Shown here piece by piece: positions 1 through 13,305 of a stretch of DNA of 64,000 nt. This DNA comes from Klebsormidium nitens. Lineage: Eukaryota > Plantae > Klebsormidiophyceae. Position 1 is the first letter of the stretch, and each line of letters opens with the position of its first letter. The notes beneath the pieces were generated by a model. It was not told where the DNA came from and did not search any database. It worked only from the letters and a program-made list of their open reading frames with translations. The stretch covers positions 1 to 64,000 of the forward strand of contig DF237239.1 of assembly GCA_000708835.1 (NCBI GenBank), in the 5' to 3' direction. The position numbers were made by a program, and so were the translations under genes.

Positions 1-988
1 CAGTGACGGGCGGCAATTTATATCGGTATCGTCGGTTTTGACGGTTTGCACGCACCATGATGATGATCAACCGCAAGTTATCATTCGTAGTATAGCCTGA
101 TGACGTTGATCGGCGGTAGGCGTGCTGGCGAAGTTATTCACCTTTAATCTACAGATCGATGCCGTGCTAATATGTTGTGTGGAGTTACTTAAAAGCATGG
201 TGTGTTTATAATTGATTCTATATTCTACCAGCTCTCGCATGCAACATATGGCAGAAAGAAACGCCATCTGTTTTACTGTCTCTGTATGATTGACGAGTTG
301 GGAGCTTGAAGGCTGAGAGACGGTTTGCATTGCTCGTATCACCAAATATGCGAACAATGAACATATTGTGCTTGTAAAAAGCACTGATTCAGGTAATGTC
401 GATCCAGTAATCTCCTTCGTTATTTCCGGAGAATTTTTGTTCAGATTGTTACTGAATATTCGAAGAAGCCTTGCTTCAAAACTTTTGACTGATTACACGA
501 ACCAACTGCTTCCCTGCAGAAACTGTCACGTACAAAGCAATGGCCCGTGCTAGCACCTTCCCCTGGATTGAAGGGATAATGGCGGTCCAAGCTTCCAACT
601 CGACAACTGTACATACAATCGCACTGTCTACGACTGCCTTTCTCAGTGAAAAAACCCAATCCAAACCCAGCTCGAATGAAGACCCATCAACACATCTTAA
701 CGGCACTTTCTCTATCAACATAGACTAAGGTACATCATCAGTCTTCCATTTTTCCCTGCACAAGCAAGTACCAAAACGGGTCAGTTGGTTGTGGACTTCT
801 CTGACATGGTTAATGGCAAACCAATAAAATGCACGGAACAACCGCTTCAATGTCGCGGTCAAGGACGCACCGACTTGCTCGCAGGCATGGATTGTCAGAA
901 TCGTCAGGAGATTATGTTCGACCATTCTGAGAAATGACGCTAGCAAGGTGCAACCAAGACCAGGAGGCATGTATTGAGAAGCTCACCT

Positions 989-3209
989 CTAAGAAAGAGC
1001 CTTCTCGATTTGTTTCCTGGCCCTCCCATAGATATCCCTGGAGCTCTTCTCCAGGCTGAAGTTCAGCTTGTTTAGGCCAGCTTTGGCCTGCTCCTTGGCA
1101 TCACCTCCACCCCTGACCAGAAAAAAAAGCTATCTTAGATACAGCCTTTCAAGAAAATCCACCTTCGGTCTAGAGAAAGCACCAAACAAGAAGTATACAT
1201 CACAGTAATTGGTAAGTTCCAAATGGCGTTGCCAAATATGAACTTATATTCTTCTCTGATTGATTGCACTTCGCACTGGGAACTAAGAAACTGAAGTGGC
1301 AACAGTCCCAGTGGTTTTGAGCGAACCCAGCTGAGGAATTAGGGTTTGTTAGGACCCATTCTCTCGAGTGGCCTTTTCTATCTAGCCAGAAGGCGGACGC
1401 AAAGATGATACATCTGTTTGCTTATCTAGCTTGGTATTGTTTACTACATCATCCTTCGTTCTTTTGAAAAGAAAAATCTACATGGACTACATACCGGAGT
1501 GTTTCTCAAGGGCATGGCATTGTATGTTAGATAGTCAGCAAATTTAAAAATCCATAATGCATACCTGCCAGCACTAAGCAATCTCAAAATTACAGTAATA
1601 AACCTTTCCTCTTGAAAGGTGCACACATGATGGTTCATTTTTGATTTCAGGTTCTGGCCCTGATCCGATTGACTTCCGAACTCGATTTGCTCAACTTATC
1701 AGATTAGGGTTGAGCTTTGAGAGTTGCTAACGAAGCATTACCTTGTTCGCCTCAGACTCTGCCTGGGATTCTGGCCACTGCATTCTTCCACACATCAGAG
1801 GGGAGGAGGCAAACCAATGAATTACCACATTCGACGAAAAATAATGTCCCTTACACATAGTCCCTAGATAAGAGCGTAGACATACCTGGCTGCGCCCCGG
1901 TCGGACTGGCTCGGATCCTCCCCCCTGTTGCCGCCATACCTCGGTGGTGAGTCGTTGTTGGTCAGATCATCAGCAGCTTTGAGCAGGTCATTGGCCTGGC
2001 AAAAGCGAAAATTCGACAATTACTTCGACAGTCAAAGCCCTTCGATTGTAAGTCAATGAAGTTCTCTGAAGTAATGGTGCGGTCCGCTTATGGACAGGTT
2101 TTTGGTATGAATGAAAGCAACATTGCGTAAGATTAGAATTGATGTAGTGCTCAAATTAGCATCCGAAAACCCCATATTTTGCAGGGGAAAGTATCGAGCA
2201 ATCAGCGCAACATGTCCACACCATTACTTAAGCACGCTGAGGCTGGGAAACAATGCTGTTTGAAAAGCTTACTGCATCCTCGATTACAGGCCCCTAGCAT
2301 CTGCAAATCCTCAGATTGACTTGAAGTAAAGACACTAGCCTTGCATTTAGGCAACAATTTGACCTACATTGCTGAGAAAGTCAATTCACTTCCGAACGAG
2401 GAGGCTGTACGGCTGTTAAGCTCACCTTGTCGCGGACCTCCTTCCTGCCTTGGTCAGCAAGCGCGGCACCAGCGCCCATGCTAAGGGCAGCAAGGGTGGC
2501 CAAGAATGCTCTCCTGGGCTGGGCGTTGTCAGACTGCGGATACAAACAATAGTTTGTCAGCCCAGGCAGGTTCTTGTGTTGAGATCTCAAACTCTCACAC
2601 AAGAAGCCTGCGGATGTCTCCAGCTCAAAGGATTTGTCCAATGAAAGCACAGAGCCTGATGGAACACCAGTCGGCCTTGAAAGGCGATAATCGAAGTTCT
2701 GGGTGCCACCCAATCAAAGCCTTGACTACCAGGCTACACAAGGCCTCCCAGAGCAATACTGCCCTTTATTTGAAACACGAAAGTGCATCATCTCAGTGAC
2801 TCTATCACTGCATAGCTTGAGTCAAGCAGCTCGGATATGCAGCTCTCCATACTTGAATTAAAAGCAATTGGTGTTGCTTTCTGGCCTCATTGCTGGCAGC
2901 AAAGTTCATTCTATGTTGCACGGCTTCGGTAGCTAATCACAATTCTCTCACTGGGGAACTGCTATCTGTGCACAAAGTTTCTAACGGCCTTGCCTCAAGT
3001 CCCCGCAATTGCAAATCCCAGTGGACTATTAGAACAGTGATTGTCAGGCTCATAAAACTTACGGCGCTAGCACGGACTGCAACATTCCTCCTGGGGGTCA
3101 TCTTGACCGGGGCAGGGGCCTCGAACCGGGCAACCCTGCTGCTGGAGATCGAAGCACCCCTCAGGCTGGAGGGGGCGAGGGCTGTAGACATCATAACGGA
3201 GGAAGCCAT
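989..3209 (-). CDS. Putative chloroplast thylakoid-lumen protein of unknown function (~174 aa, 5 coding exons)
   Basis: Exons 3209-3063, 2533-2426, 1995-1886, 1777-1742, 1112-989, all GT-AG, phases 0,0,2,2 consistent. N-terminus is a Ser/Ala/Arg-rich transit peptide (MASSVMMSTALAPSSLRG...VAVRASA), then a twin-Arg hydrophobic signal with an AxA site (QPRRAFLATLAALSMGAGAALA|DQG). The mature part is hydrophilic. Family not recognised. Confidence 0.8.
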
Positions 3210-3317
3210 GTCGTGTGCTGAGGAAGACAGGTGCAGACACTAAACTGGCGACAAGGTTTTGAACTTTGCTAGCTGAGATTCCAAGAATGATTTGGGGAGG
3301 AAGGGTGCCCGCCCTGA

Positions 3318-3541
3318 TATCTATATACCGTAACTGAAAGGGAGGAATCCTAGATACCTACCTGCGGAGCTGGCGCCCTAGGCGGGCTGATAAGGCAAGC
3401 CGCACTTTATTGGCGGCGGCCGATTGACCCCTTGTCAGCACGACAAGTGGCGATGCATGCATTGGCCTTTCCTGATAAAAGCGTGTGCATGTGTGCCACG
3501 TAGCACCTTGGTTCTTTGAGGCAGCCATCCGCATGCCACGT
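3318..3541 (-). promoter_or_regulatory. Candidate promoter of the lumen-protein gene: TATA-like, I-box, RY and two ABRE/G-box-like motifs
   Basis: TATATAGATAT on the minus strand at 3318-3328, GATAAGG at 3389-3395, CATGCA at 3456-3461, GCCACGT (=ACGTGGC) at 3495-3501 and 3535-3541. Motif match only. Confidence 0.4.
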
Positions 3542-4653
3542 CAGCAGCATCACGATATCGACGGCTTGAAACGTAGATGGAAGGATGAACCCTTTCGTAT
3601 ACGGGGACCACCATCTACGGCCTGAAAGGGCATCTGATTCGATGGACGGTAACCGGACGTCGAGGTTTGCGGCCGGGCCGCGCTGAATGCAAGATCACAT
3701 ACCTAAAACGATTGCAACTCATTGCAAGTCGTCTTTTTGATTGGAGGGGCGATGCTTGCAGCAAGAGCGGGTGTCTGTGATCAGCGATCAGTAGCATTCT
3801 GGATTGACTCATCCTATCTACCGACCAGGCTTCTTTTCTTCTACTAAAGAGGTGCCAATGACTCGCAACATGGCACAGGGGCACTGAGGGCGGCTGTCGG
3901 ATTCATTTGCTATTACTCCATGCACGCAGCTATATGGTTGCATCACAATCATGCGATGATCATAGCATGACCCAACATGGACAGCTTCAGGCTCAACGAA
4001 TCGAAGAGCAGAGACATACGTATGATCGAGAAGAGCTCTCCGAATCCCCGCGGTGCACATGCGCACAATCAGGCTTTATTTGTCAACGGGTATGATTATA
4101 TGCCACGGTTGTATACAGATGTCATTAATTGTAGTCCTGCGAGAATTCTGTGTACCACAAAGTATAGGAAGGGCCGCGCAGCATGGCAGCATAGCGCTTT
4201 GTACTTTCCATCATGATTGTTGCATGGGATGGTCAGATTGGATTGTCAGATCCTAATGCACCTCATTGAGTGTTGACTCTCTGCTTGAAGCACCTGATTG
4301 ACACCTTGAAAGGAATGCAAAGCGAAAAGCTCGAAACTGACGTTAACAGACATAGAAGCCGAGCTCCCATGGCATCAGATGGCCGTTCATGCCATAGGAT
4401 GATGTCTGCGAAATCAAAGATGTTACTCACCGTTTGTAGCTCAGAATTACGGTTTCTCTAGATTTGGCATGGTGTCCCGACAAGTAACCACGCTTTGGGA
4501 GGTGATAATAAGTGCACATAGACGAGAGAATGACATCAAACCTCCGTAAACCATTGAGGGCCTCTTTCGCAAGCGGCTGTCTCATATGTGCGACATCTTA
4601 TGTAAGATGTAAATATAAATGACGTCTTCCTAATGCGGCAGCCCTGCTTCACC

Positions 4654-7600
4654 TTATTCCGACAACATAATGAATAGCTCTTCGTCCTTAATGGCACCAA
4701 GCTCCATTGCGCGCTCTAGCGGCGTTTTGTTTTCTGTGTCCGTAGCAGTGGGGCTCGCTCCCCTGCAAAGAAGGAATGCCGTATCAGGATTAGTAGGGCG
4801 TGTCCCCTTAGCTAACAAGGGAACATATCTTTGGAGTCGAGCAGCGTTCGAGTGATCACCGATGCCTTTGCCAAACCAACACTCCGATTGCTGCAAAAAG
4901 CCAGAGCCGTTCCTCCGAACTCCGGCTTCGAAGCCGGGTTCTCTAGCAAGCGCGTCTCATGAGGAGCAGTCATGCGGAGGAGTTGCTTGTACGTAAAGAG
5001 ATGCCGCGAACAATAAGATCCCGGTGATGACTAAAGGATGACAAGCACGCAGAAGCTTCATTACCATCCTAGTGAAGGAACTTTCAAAGATCCATGACAT
5101 TGCGTTCTTACGAGAAAAGCACCGAGAGCCTTTCAGGAATCACCTCCCCCAAATAACCAACAAACGGGGATTCAACCGAGGACTTTTTGCGGAAGAAATA
5201 CGGACCCTTCCTTCAAATTTGATGAGAGCGAGCTGGGACACTTCACCTGGACAGCAGGAGCTTTGCCGCGGCGTTGTTCCTGCCCATGATGCAGTAATGC
5301 AGGGGCGTGCGCCCCAGCCCGTCCCGCCTGTTCACATCGGCCCCGTACTGTAGCAGCAACTCGACAGTCGCCAGCTCCCCTAAACTCCCCGCCAGGTGTA
5401 AAAGCGCACACCCGGGCCCCTCGGCCAGCGACCGTTTGGTGAGCAAGTCGGGCGATGGAGGCGCTGTCGTAGTCGGAGTAGATGCTTGCGACGACACGTT
5501 GCTTTGCGGTGGGGGGGTCTCCGGACTCAGCGGCGCACCCCCCCGGTCGAGAACGAGCTCCTGCGCCACCCGCCCCGCAAGCGAGCCAACGTCGTCTTGA
5601 CTGCTTCGGGCAAAAGCGCTTGGGCCGTCCATAGCCGATGACGCGGGCCGGCCATCAGGATACGCGTCCTCGAACCTGGTGTTGACGTCAGCACCAGCCG
5701 TCACAACGAGCTGGTAGATTCGCCGCTGGTCGCCCCGCTCGACCGCCTCCCACATCTCCCGTTTGAGCCACGTGGGATGGGCTGTCTCTGGAGGTGGACC
5801 GGCCACAAACTGCTTGTCCGAGTACTGCACGAAGGCCGGAGAAACAATAATAGCGCCTTGAGATATCCCCAAACGATCATACGAAGGTTTGCGCTCGACT
5901 TTCCCTGAGGTTCAACGTTGCTTTTCCGAGTGCTGCGCGATGGCTCTGGTTCGATGACTCACGTGGCTGAACATGTCTCGATTTCAGCAAACCATCTCTG
6001 GATGACTGAGTCTATCCACACGACATGTTGATTGCTTGGATTGTTCAATTCATGTTTCCGTCCAAATGCACAGAGTCAGAGATGTGATGATATCAACCCC
6101 ACAGCATTCAATCCGCACGGATGTTCAACGACGCTTTCGGCCAAGCTGTCACCTCAATAGCAAAACACAAACGGCGCAACCCGGCATTAGTCCGGGTAAC
6201 CGCTGGTCGTGCGAACCCCGCCAACGCCGTGACAAAGCATAGATTTGAGGGTCCGCTCGCAAGAAAGCGGCACACCTTCATTTGGATGAACTTTTCTTTG
6301 ACGACCAGCGGCTCCTTGGGCCCCGGCTTGATGCTCTTCTGGCCCTCCTGGATTCCCTCCTCTAGTTCCCGCAACTTGTGCTCCCACAACTGCGACGGGG
6401 GAAGTCGAAATGTGTGAACTTTTGTCAAGCAGATTGCATTCAAGCAGACACCCTTTTCGATACGGATTCAATAAAGAGGTCAGCGATGCCTCGCGCAGGG
6501 CTCATGACATCAGGAGGTCTACGAACCCAAGAGCCTTGGGTCGCAAGGCGAAGGTTCTGAATCCGTTCAGAAGAGCATTCAGTGTTGAACGTCGCAAGAA
6601 TGTTCAGAGAATGCATCGCAAAATCGAGAGTCGCTTGGGGGCTCATTTGGGCGGATGACAAGCAGCCGTTGTTACTTTCTCTGCTCGAGTGGATCTTTAA
6701 ACGTTCCTTGATCTCCATGCTCTTGAGAATTTCGGAAATCTCAAAGAACGACAATAAAGGCCAGATAGATACATCCATGACAAACCCACAGAAAATGCAC
6801 GATTTGAGTCTGTTGCACGTACCTCGTTCGCAAACTGGTTCCCCGTCGCCTGGAACAGCCCAATCACCCCCGCCTCCCACACCTTTACGTCCAGTGTAGT
6901 GGACCGCACTTTGGACAGGTGTACACCCAAGTTTCGGTGCACCCCCGAGCACTCTATGCACAGCAAAATGCCCAGGTTGAGGCTCGCCCAGTCGGGATCC
7001 GGTGCGCCGCAGTCGGCGCAGAAGCCGTTCCCCGGGATCTTGCGCAGGGTTTCGAGGGGCTTGTTGAGCGCGGGGCCGCTGAAACGCCGCCGGAGGGGGG
7101 CCCGCGAGCCTGGACAATGAGCGGGGGGGGAAGCGTGAATACAAGCGGGAGCGCTGTATGATCGTTGGAATAAGTAGCTTGAGACCGTCAGCTGAGGAAC
7201 CGAGAGTATTGGCAGAAAGTACTCTCAAAAAATTTAGCAGGTGTTTCAAGGATAGCGGTCGTCGGGTAGGCTTATGTAAGCTCTCAGACGACCCTGCAAC
7301 CGGAATCACCTGAGAAGAGAATCAAGACTCGCAACCCACAAATTCAAGAAAAGGATAACAATAGAGAACGAGAGAGTATCGGAGGCAAGCTCTTCCTTCA
7401 GCGCCAAGGAAGCTGGAAGCAGAATTAACCGTCATGCGGCCCTGGTCAGCTTACGATCAGGACCGGATCCAAGGTCGGACAAGACTGCAGAAATGACGCA
7501 CAAATCAAAAGAACGTCATTCAGACAGACCATTATCAGACAGACCACAATCCGCATATACTGGGTCCCAGGCGGAACGTCTCACCGTCCGATCCTGAGGT

Positions 7601-10600
7601 CCCCGCTTGCTCGTCCATGGCGTCTGAAAACGCGCGGCTGTGGGTTCGGTAAGGGCCGTAAGGGGAGCCGGTCGGCGAGCGTTGCTGCACGCAGACGTGG
7701 CCCGGTTAGGAGAGCAGTACTCATCAAAAGGCCGTGACTATTAATAAGAAGTGCCGCCAATCGCTCGGTTGAGTGTAGCAAGAGTTCGAGATTCAGCCAT
7801 TTCTTCACAAGCTGCTCACAATGCTTTGAGCGTCTTCTTTCGAGTTTATTTCAGCGGTTTGACATTGTACAGGTGAGAATCCGATGTGGCTCGTGAAATG
7901 CCAGCACGTTAGAAACTCGCGAAGGGGACACCTGACAAGCTAGCAATCCTTGACTTGCTGCACGCCAGCCTCGAAGAGCGAAGGGCGGAACGGTGTCAAG
8001 ACGTCCCGTCAGCAATCTCTGACTCTCGAGTTTTGGCGAAGCTCAGCATCTGATAAAAGCGAGGGCATCCAACAACAGTGCATCGACCGTACAGCCCACC
8101 ACAACACACCGCACAAAACTTCTCTGACTCACATCTCCTGACAGTTGGCTGTTGAGCAGAGTCGCAATGACGCCCTGGATTTTGTCCATCCAGTCGACCC
8201 GGTCCGTCGCGTTCTCTGCTTGGAGGGTGTATGTTTTCTGGGGCGATACTATGCGGAAGCAGAAGCGGAGGTCCGTCTGCTCCGCGTCGTTCTTGATCGT
8301 GGACGTCAGCAGGTTCACGGTGTGGTGGGCGATGGTCTTTTCATCCTGCAAACGAGTAAGAAGGTTGCGTGTTTGTTTCTCACATTCAAACTCAGAACCT
8401 TCAGCACCTTCCAAATCAGTTTCTTAAGTGGCCTTAAACACCGCAATCTCCGGGCTTGGTTTGACTTCAGCAAGTCATATCATTTTTTTGCCAGGCCTCT
8501 TGATGTGGGCGTTACTTTCTTCGTCTCCGATAACTTCGGCAGGATGCCTGGTCTGACCTTCCACCTGCATAAATGGAGAGTGATAACTTGTGACACACCC
8601 ATATCCGTATCGTTGGATCGTCTAGGATATCAACTGCGCCGGGAAGCCTAGAGTTGCCTTCCATTTGCAGACTTCGGAGATGTCACGGTGTGACGAGTAA
8701 TTCAGGTTTTAGAAGCCGGCTCACCGTGGCTTTGCCCCACTCTTTCCGGTAGTAGTAGAGCATGCCCCGGCTATCCAGCACGAAGAAGCGCCGCTTCCAG
8801 TCACCACGCAGGTTGTTTGATCGTTTCAGCAGGTACCCCTGCTTGAGCATCATCACCTGGCAGGAAGAATGGCAATTGACATCGGGCCTCGCATACCCGA
8901 CTATTCATCGAGCTGGTCCTAAAAAGGTTCGAAGAAAATTGGGCGTAGTCATATCATGCATTTTCTGGAAAGTGTCGTATAACCATGGCAGCTTTTCACC
9001 ATCGTCTCCTTACGACATAACAGGCACCTCACTTCAACATCAGAAACAGTCCTGAGAGTCTGTCAAAGTAAATAGAGTGCTGCTTAACTTCGGAAGCACA
9101 GATTATGACTTGAAAGTGTTCCAATACACACAAACACTGCCACTCGTTTCCTCTTGAGTTCACAAAGAATCTTGAGAGAATCCGGCCCTCCCGTCGAGGC
9201 CTACCTTCCCTTTGGGTGTCGAGTTCATCATCTTTTCGATGAGGTTATTGCTCTTGCCGACCATCTGCATGCCGTCCCCTCCCGTTGCCGCCCCGTGCAC
9301 CTCGCTCAGGCTCTGCATGTTGCTCCGCTCTAGTTGCCGCCGGTACTCCGCCATCTTGTCGCTCAGCGCCGCCTGCTCAAAGTTGGTGCGCTCGCGCGAC
9401 TGCTGCGCATACGTCAGCACCTGGTGGATATACGGCTCCATTGCGTGTAGAAGCTCGTACGCCTGGCAAAAGAGGTGCACGGTTTGGAATCTTGAATGAT
9501 GATGGGGAAATCATTAGGATCGTTTTAAGCGGCGCTTTGCGACGCCGCGCCGCGATCCCGCCGCTCGACCTGCTATGCAAGCTTGCGGATGGCGGGGTTT
9601 CGACGACGAAACGCATGCGGTTTTGAAGCCCACGTAGTTGCGTCCGAATTTTTTGAGACTGGCCCCGCGTGCGGGCACACATGTCGGATTTCCATTCGAA
9701 CATCCGGTCGTATGGTGAAGGCAATTTATCCTGAATCTTGGCTTGCCAGTTCAAGAGTAAGATCGCTTCGACAGCTTCAGCGTTGAAGTTCGTGCACGAA
9801 GAGCACTACCGTCCGTCAGAACGTGTGGCTTACTTGGTAGGAAACCTGCGGACACCTTCCTGAAAGAGGCGAGCCCAACCGTTGGCAGACGACAGATTAC
9901 AAGGATTCTGAAAACAGTTGAGTTTGAGGGTCTGCATTCCATCACGACAACCAAGTGTTGTGCTGTCAAAATGCAAACTGATGCCAAAGGAAAGTGATGG
10001 CGCACCTGCTTAAAGTACCGAAGGTGGGCATCCATGGTTCCGCTGACTGCCTCGAGGAACTCGAACTTCTTCTTCGACTCGGCATTAGACAGCGCCGTGA
10101 CCTGCAATCAGTACCAGCTCCAGATGTTGTAATAGGTGCAACGCCGACCTGATTTGTTCAACAAAGTGAAAGCGACCATCGGGTTGGCAGGTGGCGTCCG
10201 ATGACGGGAAACTGTGGAATAAATTCGGCGTTCAGAAACCTTTGACAACTCTCCTTGAGTGAGTAAGAACGAGGGACCATTTTAAGAGGCCGACGACTCA
10301 TGCAACTCGACAATCCTGGCGGTTCGACGACGACCTTTCCTGTTGCCCCGGATTCGATGGCCTGTTCCTGCAAGAACTCTGTGCTTTTCAAAAGATCGAG
10401 TCCCTGCTAACTATTCTCCACCTCCGCTCCTTGACACCTGGTCCCGAATTTTCCGCTGAAAAAGCTAAACCGAGCGACAGTCTGTGTTCGCTTACCAGGT
10501 TGAAGCGGCACTGCTCGAAATGCAGGCGCGCGTTCTTGACGTCCTGCTCCGCTTCGGCCACCACCTCCGGCTTTGTGTTCTTCTTGAGCGACAGAAATTT

Positions 10601-12924
10601 CTCGCGCACGCTGTCGTACTGGTAGCTCGCCTTGTCGAAGTTCTTGCGAGCGTCCTGCGGGGGCATGCGAAGTCATTTCAGCCTTACAAGTTGCGGCCGA
10701 AGTATGATTCTGTCTCAGCGCAGTGAAGCCAGGTCCCAACAGAATCTGTGCAAAGAAGAAGTGGCCAATCTCACAATAGAATTTGACTTGTATTCGACCT
10801 CAGGATATAAGCCACTCCTTGTTTGAAAAGGCGCCAGCAACAGGGTAACCGAACACTTCTCGCAACAAACCGTTGTACAACATCTGTGTCACGATACAAA
10901 AGCCTACATATCCCATCTCTCCGTCTTGGCGACCGTTCTCTCCCCTCCACATTCTACAGATGTAATGCCACAAAGAGGTGCAGGCACGTTCAATAACAGA
11001 TATTAGTCCGGAAACCAATCCATTTGTCGTTCGTTGCGAGGATCCCGCAGATGAATTCGCCTTGCCATCCTGTAATTGCACAGAGTATACCTATTGCGCG
11101 CCTGCTTTCTTGCTCATAGCCCGAAGACCCAGGCAATTCGGTAAAACTCCGGCCCACCAAAACCCTTCCTCACCTTGACGTCCTGCAGATCGACGGCGAC
11201 AAACTGGTGCAGCCGATCGTTCAGCATGTGCTCCACCTGCGAGCGCAGTACCTCCCGGTACGTCCCAATCTCGCGCAGCGCGATCGTGAACTTGGTCATC
11301 ACGGGGCCTGCAACAGGCGGTCGGCAAATCTGAGTAATGGCTGGGGGACAAGCCTCTGTCACCAGCGTCCATCTTGTTGACATTAACAAATTGGACGGTT
11401 CAGATCGCCCCGTCAGATGGCATACCAGAGCTCCTGATCACGTGGCAGGTCCTAGGTGCTAACAGCTAAAGCCCAGATTGCACTCTTAGACTGGCTTCAT
11501 TAGGGTGAAGATCGAACGGCTGTGACAGTGTTTCAGTCATCGGAGCGGGTCTGCGGTCCGCCTGGCAACCAGAAACTCGCGAATCTAAGCAACCACTCCT
11601 GATAACAATATGGACGACCAACTCTCGAGCTATTGCAGTATTCCGGAAGGACAGCTGACCAAAACACTTGGCAGCAACCGCTGCGTAGGCATGCCCGTTT
11701 TGAACGGGGGCGAATCTGTCCATCACCAGGCCCGCCACAGCGTCTGCCATTTGAACAGTTCTTTCCAAGAAGTAGTTTACAAGGTACCCCCACCTCCCCT
11801 AACTTTCTTATAGCTGACACGTGTTTACAAGTGATAAGCTTTTATTCAGAACGAAACAGGGCATTGACCATGTGTCTAGTTTGTGGGGTTCAATAGGCCC
11901 TCGTTTGACGACAAGCATCCATATGAGCTGAATGTTGCCAGGTGCGCAGCACATGCGAGATCTTGAGCTCGCACAATCCAAATCTCAGCGAAGTAGCTAG
12001 TGCCCTTCCTGCCCACTGTTCAGGGCAAAGCAAGAGTCAGACCAGATCGCACTCTCCCCCATAATGGTCAGAATCCTGACCCACCATCCATCACATCCAA
12101 AAGCCCTTGGAGGTAAGCCCAGGCGCTCACCTCCAACTGCCACGGAGATCGGATCATCATGCCCGCCCCCAAACACCTCCAGTGCTTGGGCGAATGCAAT
12201 GTCCCCATCGTACGCCTCACCGAGCCCTTCCGTGTACTTGCGACAACCCTGTGGTATGGGCACGCTTGGTTGAAATAGGATAAAAGGATTTCCAAGGAAC
12301 TCTTGACAGGTGTCCCTACTTGGAGTTTGAGCGGACGGAGAATTATTCCTGAAGACTGAACAAGAAGCCACCTTGCACTGGTTAGAGTCTTGCTCTGGAT
12401 CATAAGTTTATGAGCAGCTCAAAGCTCGCAGATATAGCAATCTTGTTTCTTTCAGAGTTGCGAATCCATTACGAGGAGCCAGTGCCGAAAATGTGGGCGA
12501 ATGCAGCACTTTGGCAAATTAGGGTTTTGGCAAACTTGGAAGAACTGCTCTGCTTCGTCTCCGATTGAAAAGCCAACCAGCTCCAACAAGAATTGACCGC
12601 TCAAGCTAAAACAGCCCTTAGGGACTGCCCTAGCTGATTTAGAAGCTCGTCTTGGCTTCAATTGTTAAAGAACTTGGACTGCATTTTGCCACTGCAGTGT
12701 GTGAAGTCAGCAGCACTGAATGGATTTGCTGTGACATTGACTCTTTTTGAACGGTACAGCTGCCTAATCAACTTTGAACAGAGAAAGACTCTCATTGCAG
12801 ACCTGAGCTCTGGTCTCACCTTGTAGAAGCGATTCGTTCTCTCCCGCAAGATTTCTGTGCTCTCTTCCAGGCCTTGCAACTGCTTCCTGAACATGGGGGA
12901 GTCATCGAGCTTGGCGAAATGCAT
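4654..12924 (-). CDS. AGD: ACAP-type ARF GTPase-activating protein (BAR-PH-ArfGAP-ankyrin), AGD1-4/VAN3-like, ~810 aa, 14 exons
   Basis: Exons 12924-12820, 12248-12131, 11307-11174, 10654-10496, 10101-10006, 9462-9205, 8856-8725, 8345-8133, 7684-7585, 7484-7455, 7109-6823, 6389-6276, 5824-5247, 4762-4654, phases consistent. Motifs: [15 protein letters not shown] (BAR start), KQGYLLKRS...WKRRFFVLD and [11 protein letters not shown] (PH), CADC...[19 protein letters not shown] (ArfGAP zinc finger), GRTPLHYC (ankyrin). Linker exons near 7455-7684 are less certain. Confidence 0.95.
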
Positions 12925-13305
12925 GGCTGCTTGCCTCCCTGCAACCGCAATACTATGTATATTCAAAGTTTTTCCAAATACTTATGGGCGCTATGAACAA
13001 TAAACAAGAAGAAGCGTCTAGGAATGGGGGTCCGTCGCCACGGAGATCACAGGTCAGCCTTCACGACACCTGCGCTGAGCTGTGCCTCGCTGATGCAATT
13101 GCTGTGGCCCCATGCCAATGGGCGCTACTTGAATGATCTTGGCTCAATGGACTACCGTAGCTTGCAAATGAGCTGCCTTGTCATTGAGCATGAGCCTGCT
13201 GAGGCCCTCATGCATGACTCATGCTAGTCATGGGCTCATGAGTCACCGCGTGCCTAGTTCCCCGATTCTGGCAAGTGTTCACAAACGGAGTGTTCACTTA
13301 AAGAT

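Noticed and set aside
67-970. Several 60-105 aa ORFs at the window start
   Set aside because: No recognisable motifs or consistent splice structure; most likely 3' UTR and intergenic sequence of the lumen-protein gene.
6440-7309. 289-aa minus-strand ORF
   Set aside because: Out-of-frame overlap of the ArfGAP exon plus intron sequence; no domain signal.
8516-8564. Possible extra AGD exon ([16 protein letters not shown]) inside the PH domain
   Set aside because: It is 49 nt with a weak donor and breaks the phase with the next exon. The flanking exons join cleanly without it. It could be a poison exon, but nothing supports that.
12519-12529. Isolated telo-box-like TTAGGGTTT motifs (also near 1339)
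   Set aside because: Single short intronic motifs; chance occurrence cannot be excluded.
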